Shown piece by piece: positions 27,281 to 36,186 of a stretch of 64,000 bases of DNA. The stretch lies in NCBI GenBank assembly GCA_963749125.1, contig CAVVLL010000006.1:27409-91408 (forward strand). Direction: 5' to 3'. Source of the DNA: an uncultured bacterium (lineage in GTDB: Bacteria; 4484-113). Position 1 is the stretch's first letter. Each line of letters opens with the position of its first letter. Below the pieces are notes generated by a model, which saw only the letters and a list, made by a program, of their open reading frames with translations, was not told the DNA's origin and ran no database searches. A program made the position numbers and the translations under genes.

Positions 27281-28672
27281 TTGAAGGTGCAGGAATACGA
27301 CCTGATTGTCATTGGCGCAGGCCCTGGGGGCTATGTCGCCGCTATCCGCGCAGGCCAGCTTGGGCTGAAGACCGCAATCGTTGAGAAGCGGTATTGGGGT
27401 GGAGTGTGCCTCAATATAGGCTGCATACCGAGTAAGTGCCTGCTGGAAGATACACACCTGTTCTACGAGTTACAGCATTCAGGAAAGGCGCGCGGAGTGA
27501 ACGTTGACGGCATCGCCTTTGACTGGGCCGCCATCCAGTCGCGGAAAGATGCGGTCGTGAAGCAGCTTACTGGCGGCGTGGAGATGCTCCTAAAGAAGCA
27601 GGGCGTTGATAAGCACTTTGGAACGGCTTCATTCATCGGCAGCCAAACAGCCAAGGTGATGGCTGAAGATGGTTCAGAAATCACCTTGGGTGCCAAGAAC
27701 TTCATCATCGCAACAGGCTCCGAGAGTGCTGACCTGCCGCATATCAAAGCTGATGGGCGCGTAGTCATCTCGTCCACCGAGGCGCTTTCACTGCCTGAAA
27801 TCCCAAAGACGATGGCGGTAATCGGGGCAGGGGCGATCGGCCTCGAGCTGGGCAGCGTTTACTCAAGGCTTGGGGCTGAAGTGACGGTTATTGAATTGAT
27901 GCCGCAGGTGCTTCCCGGCGCTGACAAGGAAATGGCCGATATGCTCGCCCGCGAAATGAAGAAGTGCGGCACGAAGATACATGTTGACAGCAAAGTCTCC
28001 GCGACGGAGTTGGGCGAAAGCGGCGCGAAGCTTCATGTTGAGGGCAAGTTCACAGGCGAGGTTGAAGCTGAAATAGTGTTGCTTGCAGTCGGCAGAAAGC
28101 CGGTAACAGCCGGCCTTGAACTGCAGGCGGCGGGCGTGGAACTATCAAACAAGGGATTTATCCTCGTTGATGATGGCCTCCGCACCAACACCCCGAACAT
28201 CTATGCTATCGGCGATGTTATCGGCGGAATGCTGCTTGCGCACAAGGCCAGCCATGAAGGCATAGGCGTCGCGGAAGCCATCGCCGGTGCGGGGTTGCCG
28301 ACTCGACATGCCGTTCCTTCCATCGTCTATACCGCGTCGGAGTTGGCGTCAATTGGCTTGACGGCTGTGCAGGCGCAGGAGTCGGGGAAGCAAATCAAGG
28401 AAGGCAAGTCTTTCTTCCGCGGCAATGGCCGGGCGATGGCGATGAACGCAATTGCGGGGATGGTCAAGGTGGTCGCGGATGCAGAGACTGACGCGCTGCT
28501 GGGCGTCCACATACTCGGAGCCTCAGCAGGCGAGCTGATACATGACGCTGCAGTGGCGCTAGCGGCGCATATGAGGCTTAGCGATTATCAGCGCGTTATG
28601 AGGGGCCATCCGACGCTTTCTGAGGCTATTACCGAAGCTGCGTTGGCAGCAGATAAGCGCGCTATACACTGA
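27281..28672 (+). CDS. lpdA: Dihydrolipoyl dehydrogenase
   Basis: GAGPGGYVAA, GGVCLNIGCIPSK redox disulfide, GAGAIGLE, HPTLSEA. Confidence 0.97.
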   Translation: MKVQEYDLIVIGAGPGGYVAAIRAGQLGLKTAIVEKRYWGGVCLNIGCIPSKCLLEDTHLFYELQHSGKARGVNVDGIAFDWAAIQSRKDAVVKQLTGGVEMLLKKQGVDKHFGTASFIGSQTAKVMAEDGSEITLGAKNFIIATGSESADLPHIKADGRVVISSTEALSLPEIPKTMAVIGAGAIGLELGSVYSRLGAEVTVIELMPQVLPGADKEMADMLAREMKKCGTKIHVDSKVSATELGESGAKLHVEGKFTGEVEAEIVLLAVGRKPVTAGLELQAAGVELSNKGFILVDDGLRTNTPNIYAIGDVIGGMLLAHKASHEGIGVAEAIAGAGLPTRHAVPSIVYTASELASIGLTAVQAQESGKQIKEGKSFFRGNGRAMAMNAIAGMVKVVADAETDALLGVHILGASAGELIHDAAVALAAHMRLSDYQRVMRGHPTLSEAITEAALAADKRAIH

Positions 28673-28782
28673 AAGTCGGCAGCCGGCATTGCGGATGAGT
28701 TGTTGATAATTTGCACAGCCGATTTAACGCGAAAAGGTATTGCATTTGCGGATAAGCTGGGACATCCTATCAGTGGTATACC

Positions 28783-29119
28783 CCGGCCCTGCGGAGGGTG
28801 CGTTCCTTGAAAGAAGGCCAAGTTGTTCCCAAGAGCATCCGTGCTACGCATCAATATGCTTCGGTATCTTGTGCAAAGCGCGGCAGCTCTGGAGAGCAGG
28901 CGCCACCGGCTTCCTCCTTCGAGAGAGAGACGACGTTTGCTCAAAGGGGGCGAGACGACGCGGGTTCGCATCAGCCACAAGCTCTTGCGGCGCGCTAAGT
29001 CTAGCCCCGGGGACCGGCTCTCGGTCCTTCCCAGGGGGAAGGTGTAGGCGAGTCTTCGGAATCATCTATAACCATCCAACCAAGTAACGTTCCCGGTGAT
29101 GCAGGGCCGGCCCCTTTTT
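28783..29119 (+). ncRNA. Candidate large structured non-coding RNA (6S-like closing stem, otherwise unassigned)
   Basis: 28783-28792 pairs perfectly with 29101-29110; 28796-28809 pairs with 29081-29094; internal UUCG-capped and GC-rich hairpins; T-tract after the 3' end; overlapping short ORFs lack protein-like features. Confidence 0.6.
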
Positions 29120-29131
29120 GACCGTTGTAGG

Positions 29132-29150
29132 GCCTCCGCCAGGAGGTTTT
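29132..29150 (+). terminator. Intrinsic terminator downstream of the RNA candidate
   Basis: GCCTCC-GCCA-GGAGGT then TTT. Confidence 0.6.
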
Positions 29151-29156
29151 GGGTAG

Positions 29157-29180
29157 AAGTGCCGCAGTAATGCGGCACTT
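29157..29180. terminator. Perfect hairpin, probable bidirectional terminator
   Basis: AAGTGCCGCA-GTAA-TGCGGCACTT. Confidence 0.8.
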
Positions 29181-29245
29181 TGTTATTCCGTGCTCATCAC
29201 AGCAGCGCTAGCGTCACTAAAGCGCAGCCGAAGCCAAACCAGCCT

Positions 29246-29926
29246 CTACCTTAAGCGGTCTATTATGACGATGGCCGCAAACCAAAGGATTGCGATTCCT
29301 GCGAGGATGAAGGGAAAGAGAAGTATCCCGTCCCAGGTGTGGTTCGAAACACCATAGCGTCCGGTTTCGCTCCACATTAGCAAGGCAACGACCAATAAAA
29401 TCGCTGGGCCGCTGGCCTGGCTATCAATCCAGCGCGGGTTGATTTTCTCATCCATCTTGAGCTGCTGTTCATCCATCGCCTGCCGCAGGGCATCGCGTTC
29501 CGCATCAGCCTCGGTATCCACGTTGCCTGATAGGTAGTCGACGCGGGTGTGGCGGGGTAACTCGCCGTCGCTAGCAGGGAACTCCGGCGCTTCCCTGTCA
29601 GCGCTTTCGGGTGAGACGGGGACAGCTACAGCTGCGTCAAGATGGCGCATCCTGCGCGACGTAGTCACTTGCTTGGTTTTTGGCGAAACGGTGGGATGCT
29701 TCGCCCTCACTGCATCTGCGACTTCGTATGCGCGCCCAATAGCTATCGTAGTATGGCAGTACGGGCAAGTGCTCAGCCAAGGCGGATGGTAACGGCCGCA
29801 GTTCGGGCACGGGCTAAGCGTCATCTCACATTGCGTGCAATAACATTCGGGCATGCTCAGCGGGAAATCGCAAAGCGGGCAGACGGGATCTCTCTCAGCT
29901 GCCATTACGCGGATTACGCCTGCCAA
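29246..29926 (-). CDS. Double zinc-ribbon membrane protein (paralog 2)
   Basis: CPLC, CTQC, CPNC, CPYC plus two C-terminal TM helices; likely start ATG 29905. Confidence 0.75.
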   Translation of the reverse strand: MAGVIRVMAAERDPVCPLCDFPLSMPECYCTQCEMTLSPCPNCGRYHPPWLSTCPYCHTTIAIGRAYEVADAVRAKHPTVSPKTKQVTTSRRMRHLDAAVAVPVSPESADREAPEFPASDGELPRHTRVDYLSGNVDTEADAERDALRQAMDEQQLKMDEKINPRWIDSQASGPAILLVVALLMWSETGRYGVSNHTWDGILLFPFILAGIAILWFAAIVIIDRLR

Positions 29927-30626
29927 ACGGCCGGTAGATTATGAAGTAGGAAATCGCGTAAACGAGAATGACGAGGACCAGGCCGACGGCAACCAAAGCG
30001 AGAGCGTCGCCATACCACGCCATGCCGATGCCTTCCACTTCAAACTCGGCAACTGATTTCAGCGACGGCCAAAGGAAGTAGTAGAAGAATACGAGTAATG
30101 CCAGCGCGAATACGAGGCGGAAGATGTGCGCGATAAAGAGATTGCGCCTGTAATGCGGGTTTACATAAGGGTTGATAGTGAACGGGTCGATGCGGTAGAT
30201 GTCATATGGGTCGTAGGGGTCATGCCGGTTTAGGACATCCATTGGATCGCGCTCATCTTCCACAACGCTATTTCCGCCAGCGAGCTTTGAAGAAACAGGC
30301 AGGCGACTTCCTAAATTTACAGCTGTATCAGCGCCATCTTGCGGCGCGGATGGGACAGCCTCTTCGCCTGCCGGTTCTGTCCTGGCCGGACCAATCTCCA
30401 GCATCGTCAGGCGCTCGGATGAAACTTGCGATTGGCTTGGCGGGGCGAGCTCGGTGGGCTCATCCTCAGGGAGCGAGCCTGGCAGCGGGCGGCCGCATGA
30501 CGTGCAAAACATTTCGTGGATATCTACAAGCGCCAGGCAGTGCGGGCATCCGCGAAAGCTCGCGCTGCAACCGACGCACGCCAAGTCGGGCATTGTCAGA
30601 TCACCGTTGCACTGCGGGCAGCGCAT
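29895..30626 (-). CDS. Double zinc-ribbon membrane protein (paralog 1)
   Basis: CPQC, CVGC, CPHC, CTSC plus two C-terminal TM helices; leaderless TG-C-TAAAAT promoter 6 nt upstream. Confidence 0.78.
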   Translation of the reverse strand: MRCPQCNGDLTMPDLACVGCSASFRGCPHCLALVDIHEMFCTSCGRPLPGSLPEDEPTELAPPSQSQVSSERLTMLEIGPARTEPAGEEAVPSAPQDGADTAVNLGSRLPVSSKLAGGNSVVEDERDPMDVLNRHDPYDPYDIYRIDPFTINPYVNPHYRRNLFIAHIFRLVFALALLVFFYYFLWPSLKSVAEFEVEGIGMAWYGDALALVAVGLVLVILVYAISYFIIYRPFGRRNPRNGS

Positions 30627-30692
30627 GGCACGATTTTAGCACAGCATGCTTGCAGCCTGAGGCCTGTTGATCATAATCACTGCGGCGTTCAA
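30554..30692. repeat. Direct repeat copy 1 (139 bp) flanking the photolyase gene
   Basis: Aligns by eye to 32072-32209 with about 20 differences including one indel. Confidence 0.92.
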
Positions 30693-32068
30693 CCTCGTTC
30701 AGCTGCGCCGTCGGCAAGCTTCTCCACGCGAGCGATGTAGGCCCATATGTTGAACTTGCGTTTGCATCCGTCATAGCTCATATAGCGTACTTTGCCAAAA
30801 ACCGGCCGCGCATTCCAAGCCCTGTCATGCAGCCCGCCAATGCTCCAGGCAAGGCCGGCATATCCATTCGGGTCGCGGCCGTCTAGCTGGTAGCGATCAT
30901 TCAGATAGATGGCGGTCTTGAGGGCTTGCTCTGGGCTTTCCGTCCATTCAAGGAGCTTCTTTGCCCAATACATTCGCATATAGCCGTGCATCCTCCCGCT
31001 GACGACCATCTCTCGCTGCGCCGCGTTCCAAAGTTCATCGTGGGTTTTGGACTGTTCAAGCTGGGCTTTGGTGTAGATATATGCGCGCTCGTCAGCACGA
31101 TGGACATCAAGCGTTGCCTTCGCCCAAGCAGGGAAAGCTAGAAATGAGTCGTAATGGGGATTGAACTCACAGAAGTTATCCGAAAGCTCCCGGCGGACAA
31201 TGAGTTCGTCCAGGAATTCATCCTTTGAAGACTGCGGGGCGGATGACGCCATAACCTCAAGCGCGACGCACTGGGCGGAGATTTGCCCAAAGTGAAGGTA
31301 AGGCGACAGGCCGGATTGGGCGTCTATGCCAGGATCATTCCGGAGCGACGGGTAGCTTTCCAGCTTATTATTGATGAAACCGTTCAATCGCGCGGCAGCG
31401 GCTCTTTCACCAGGAGGAATTGGATAATGCATACTGAGCTTTGAGCCTACGGAATCATGCGCCAGTCGCCAGTCGTTATTGAATCCCCCTAAGGCTTCAG
31501 CGAATGGATGCTTGCGAAGTGGCGGGAATTCAACTAGGAAAGTACCCATCATTCGTTTCAATTTCGGGCGAAGTGTATAAGCGCCGTATTCCTGCTTTTG
31601 CGAAGCCGCCCAACACGGGACAATGTTGTGGGCGTCAACTTCCAGCAGGGGGATATTCAGCTTGCGCGCTGCCTCGAGCTTCCACCTCTTTGGGAGGCGA
31701 AGAGGGTTGAAATCGGTAACAACACTCGATACCGATAGCTCTTCAGCCAACGCGCAAAGACTAGTTGGCGGTTCTCCTAAAAGCAGCGCTAAAGGGATAT
31801 TGCGTTTTCTCAGGCGGTCTTCCAATTGTTGAAGCCCTGCGAGCATGAAAGAACAGTGACTTGGCAGGGCGTTCAGGTATTTAGGGGCAAGGCAAAAGGC
31901 GACTACAAGCGGGACTTTCGATGCAAGCGCTAGCTCCTGGGCATGCAGCAATGCCCAGTTATCGTCAGCCCTCTGGTCGCGAGACATCCAATAGATAACC
32001 GGTCCGCGCTTGCGAAGCGGTTCTTTGTTCAGGCTGCGGATCCTGCGCTGGTCAACTCTAACGCTCAT
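30689..32068 (-). CDS. phr: Class II CPD DNA photolyase
   Basis: YWMSRDQRADDNWAL, SGLSPYLHFGQIS, MHGYMRMYWAKK, DGRDPNGYAGLAWSIGGLHDR. Confidence 0.95.
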   Translation of the reverse strand: MSVRVDQRRIRSLNKEPLRKRGPVIYWMSRDQRADDNWALLHAQELALASKVPLVVAFCLAPKYLNALPSHCSFMLAGLQQLEDRLRKRNIPLALLLGEPPTSLCALAEELSVSSVVTDFNPLRLPKRWKLEAARKLNIPLLEVDAHNIVPCWAASQKQEYGAYTLRPKLKRMMGTFLVEFPPLRKHPFAEALGGFNNDWRLAHDSVGSKLSMHYPIPPGERAAAARLNGFINNKLESYPSLRNDPGIDAQSGLSPYLHFGQISAQCVALEVMASSAPQSSKDEFLDELIVRRELSDNFCEFNPHYDSFLAFPAWAKATLDVHRADERAYIYTKAQLEQSKTHDELWNAAQREMVVSGRMHGYMRMYWAKKLLEWTESPEQALKTAIYLNDRYQLDGRDPNGYAGLAWSIGGLHDRAWNARPVFGKVRYMSYDGCKRKFNIWAYIARVEKLADGAAERG

Positions 32069-32144
32069 GGTGAAAGCGCGTGCTGCAACCGGTGCACGCC
32101 AGTGCGGGCATTGTTAGTTCTTCGTTGCACTGCGGGCAGCGCAT
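32058..32144 (-). other. 28-codon remnant ORF copying the 5' end of the zinc-ribbon gene, overlapping the phr start
   Basis: MRCPQCNEELTMPALACTGCSTRFHHER* vs MRCPQCNGDLTMPDLACVGCSASF; TAG at 32058-32060. Confidence 0.7.
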
Positions 32145-32209
32145 AACACGATTCTAGCACAGCATGCTTGCAGCCTGAGGGCTGGTGATAAAATCACTGC
32201 GGTGCTCAA
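32072..32209. repeat. Direct repeat copy 2 (138 bp), containing divergent promoters and the dinG GTG start
   Basis: Shared cores CGTTGCACTGCGGGCAGCGCAT and TAGCACAGCATGCTTGCAGCCTGAGG. Confidence 0.92.
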
Positions 32210-35019
32210 TGTCTCCTTCATCACGTCTGGAGAAGATGGCTTCACGCATACGGCGTTTGAGGCCGATGCCGGCTCGCGGACGCTCAATTGCGTAGAGATA
32301 TCACAACTCCCAAAAAACAAGCTGCGCAAATTGCAGTCTGAAGCGTTCATTCTCGCTGGAGTTTCGCCCAAGGAAGCCGGATTGCCTGAGGCCATGTGCG
32401 CGTCGGCGGAGGAAATAGCCTTTTTAGAAACGGGGAAGGTTGATTGCACAGCGCTTGAAGGAATCTTTCGGCGCGCTGAGTGCGAAGGTGCGGAAGCCTG
32501 GAAGGTGCAGGGCTGCGATGGCGAATGTCCTCAAGACATTCTAGGCGCGGCAGACGCAGTCGCTGGCTTGTGGACACTGCTGGAGGGCATTTCAAACAGG
32601 CTGCGCGCCGCGATTGAGCGGATAGCTTCCGAGACCGGTTTCCCGGTAGCGCTAATTACAATCTCGGAAAGCGAAAGCATACTTGGCGAAACCGCATATC
32701 ATCCCGCCGACGCTCGCGCCGACCTGCCCGCACGTGCACGGATGAGGGCCGACACGGCGCTGGATGCGCTGAAAAGCGTGCCCCGGCAAGAAGAGGTGTT
32801 CAGGAAGCTCCGCGAGAAGGAATACGCAAGCATGGGCTATGAATACCGCTCGGAGCAGGAGCAGTTCGCTAAGGCGGTGTCGGAAGCGCTGGAGTGCGAC
32901 GGCCACCTGCTTATTGAGGCGGGAACTGGTGTTGGGAAGTCGCTTGGCTACTTGATCCCAGCAGTGCGCTACGCGCTTTCTAAAAATGAGACGGTGCTAG
33001 TGTCTACGAATACGAAGATCCTGCAAGACCAGCTCCTGCTAAGCGATTACCCGAAGCTATGCGAATTGCTCAACTACCGGCTTCCGCCGCCGGTCGTGCT
33101 CAAGGGAAGGGAGAACTACCTGTGCTTGGAGAAGCTCAGGCTGCAAGTGCTCGGAACGCGGACGGACTTACGGGAGACGCTCGGCGAGCTGCGCGAGATC
33201 GGCGAAGGGCATGCGGTTGCGCTAACGCTCATGCGCCTTGCGCTGCATATCGCCACCGAAACATCGGGCGACTACGAGCACATAATGTTCCCATCGTGGC
33301 TTCCTTCGGATATCGCGCAGAGAATCAAGCGCATGCTCAGCGCCGCCTTTAGGGGATGCCTGCGCGACCGCTGCCCAATGCACAAGCAGTGCTACTTCTA
33401 CTCCCAGCGCGAGGCCGCGGAGAAGTCGTTGCTGGTCATCGTCAACCATGCGCTGCTATTTGCGCTGGCGAATCCCGCAGTAGGCGCAGACGACCAGATG
33501 GCGTCCTTCGTTGACAAGGCGCAGGTATGGGTGCTTGACGAGGCGCATAACCTTGAAGAAGTGCTGCTTGACCAGATGGGTGTTGCGCTGATTTCAGGCG
33601 ACATCATTGAGTTCATCAACGGGCTTCAGCGGCTGGTGCAGAACCGCGCGTTGGGAATGAGGCTGGGAATGCCAGTGAGCGAAGTGCCGGCCGACGACCA
33701 AGAAGCATTCGGCAAGCTCAAGACGCTGCAAACGGAGATACCGGGCTATGCGGAGAGGTGCTATGAGAGCTTCCGCAGCTTGATCGCCATTGCTGAAAGC
33801 GCATTCCAGCGCCTGGCAGACGACAGGGGAGGGGACACGCAGCGTTGGGACTTTACAGAGCCAAACCGCGAGGAGGTAGCCCAAGTCAAGCAGGAAATGG
33901 CCGAAGCCATCGCGACGTTCTCTGACTACCTCACAGACATGAACGGTGGCATGACGCTGCTTACCGAGCAGACCGCAGGCAACGCGGATAACTTCCTTTA
34001 CATCGACGACAGCCGCTACCAAATCCAGCTCCGCGAGGCGATAAACGTTTTTGTGTCGCTCAAAGAAGCATGTAAGATGCTGCTCAGCGACGAGGAGACC
34101 TGGGTCAAGTGGATGGAGGTCACGCGCGCAGGGCGCAGGCGCGACGTGTTCTGGATGATGGCAGCCTGCCCTGTGGTTGTTGGAACGCACTTCCTTGAGC
34201 TAATCAACGCCAGGAAGTCTGCGTTGATGGTCTCAGGCACGCTCGCGATTAACGGCAATTTCGGTTATGTGAAGCGCTGCTTGGGGCTTGAGGCGATGGA
34301 CGGCGCGCAAATGAAGGAAGTCGTCCTCTCATCGCCGTTCGACTTCAAACGCAATGCGCGAAGTCATCATCCCATCCGACATGCCTGAGCCCAGTTTCAA
34401 CGACCGGGCTGCGCATGATGTATACTTGGAAGCGCTGGCAGAACTCACGGCAAACTGAGTGCGCGTCTTTGGAGGCTCCACGCTGGTCCTATTCAATTCG
34501 TATGCCGACCTGCAGAAAGTAACCGAGATGTGCCAGGAGCTGTGCGGCGATGGCTATAAGCTCTTGATACAAGAGCGCGGAATCTCCAAGCACCAGCTTG
34601 TTGACCACTTCAAGAGTATGGAGAAGGCGGTCCTCTTCGGCGTAAGGAGCTTTTGGGAGGGCTTTGATATCAAAGGCGACGACCTCCAGTGCGTCATCAT
34701 AAGCCGCTTTCCGTTTCCGAACCTGCACGACCCGCTGACGGCGGGAAAAGCGCGCTACATAGACAGGCACGGCGGCAGCTCGTTTACCGACTACATGCTT
34801 CCCTATTCAATCATGAAGTTTACTCAAGGGTTCGGGAGGCTCATCAGGAGCACCGACGATTACGGCTGCGTGCTGCTGCTTGACGGGCGCGTACTGACGA
34901 AGCGGTATGGGCTGGACTTTCTGCGAAACCTGCCAGGGCCGACGATAGTGAAGCTGCCGAGGCACGATGTTGCCGAAGAGATGCAGACCTTCCTAAGCAA
35001 CAGAAGGAGGGATGCATAG
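32202..35019 (+). CDS. dinG: DinG/YoaA family ATP-dependent helicase, interrupted near 34360 (frameshift) and 34456 (in-frame TGA)
   Basis: EAGTGVGKS, KGRENYLC, Fe-S Cys CLRDRCPMHKQC, LDEAHNL; second part VLFNSY, SFWEGFDIKG, KFTQGFGRLIRS. Confidence 0.88.
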
Positions 35020-36102
35020 TGCGCGTGGGAATCATCGGCGCAGGACCTGTAGGCATGGCGATTGCCACCGCCGTCAAGCGCGCAGGCAAGGCGGAACTGA
35101 AGTGGTATGTGCGCAATGAAGCGCTTAGGCGCGAGATTGCAGAAGGTGGGCTCAAAGTCACGATACAGCAAGCGTTTGATTAGAAGGCGCTAAGCGGTTT
35201 AAGGCTGAAGACCCGGATACATTTGCAGGCGACGAGATGGCAACTGCGCAAAGCACGCAGGAAGCACTTGATGAACTGCGAAGATTAGAGCCCGACTTCA
35301 CAGTCGGCTTCAAGGAGGACGAGCTTATCGGCGACGCTGAATTCCTTTATAGGTTCAGCGCCTGACATCACGCTGTCATGCACGAAGGCTGATGCGGTGC
35401 TCCTGATACGCAGAGCGTTGTCACAGCTCTTGAATGCGCCTGCATTCTTCGTAGCGAACGGCTTTTGGCTGCATCCCGGGATTGACCTGGGAGTGATGTA
35501 TGGCGGCGGCTATAACGAAGGTGCGCACCTGTCGCTAATACACGGCGGACGCTTCGATTCTTGGGCGCACGAAGTCGCCGTATTCAGAGTTCCTAACATC
35601 CAGGCTGCCGGATGATAACAAGGGCACGCTGATATATAGGCACGAAGAGCTCCTCACGATTGAGGAGTTCATAGATTCGGCCGACCAGGATATCGTGAAG
35701 CCCTCGCTGCAGCATGACATATATCCCATAATGGCGCGCAAGGCTGCGGTGAATTGCATATTGAACCCGCTTGCAGCCCTTTCAGGGCAGCCGAACGGCG
35801 TGCTTTTGCTTGTTGAAGCTCTGCCGATAATCACAAAGCTGGCAGACGAGATAGTGGAAGTCATGGAGCAGGCGCGTATTATGCCGCCACCGCCATGTGA
35901 GTTTACCGCCGTAGACCTACTTGCAGATTTCCACGAGCTTACGGCGCGCGCAGGGGCAAACCGGGGCTCGCTGCAAATTGACAGGTTGCGAAGGCGTATT
36001 GGAGAGATAAACCACTTGAACGGCCTTCTACTTGGCATAGCCCAGCGCTTTGAAATCGAGATGCCAGTGAACGCGACAGTAACAAGCCTGCTGCAGTGTT
36101 GA
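35019..36102 (+). pseudogene. panE: Ketopantoate reductase family gene, broken into several frames (pseudogene or sequence error)
   Basis: GTG start after AGGAGG, VGIIGAGPVG Rossmann motif then TAG; C-terminal KAAVNCILNPLAAL..NG, SLQID...EINHLNG...PVN in ORF 35695..36102. Confidence 0.7.
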
Positions 36103-36186
36103 TGTAGCGCACTTGGCGACTGCCCGGCGCGCTCGCCGCGAATGTGCCGATGATATAATTGCCCTACCGCAATCTAGGAGGCCGCT

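Noticed and set aside
28921-28930. (GA)5 microsatellite as a phase-variation tract
   Set aside because: Too short and not within a gene or promoter.
28946-29141. GGGGGCG start, GACGCGGGTTCG and GGCCTCCGCCA look-alikes suggesting tmRNA (smpB is in the window)
   Set aside because: No T-arm precedes the CCA-like end, the discriminator would be G, and the pieces are not in standard or permuted order.
30667-30680. FNR-like box TTGAT-CATA-ATCAC
   Set aside because: It is the diverged copy of the dinG -10 element; repeat copy 2 has a 3-nt spacer, so the spacing is not conserved.
34456-34458. In-frame TGA in dinG as selenocysteine recoding
   Set aside because: Not a Cys/redox position in a helicase; it lies close to another indel and is better explained by local sequence error.
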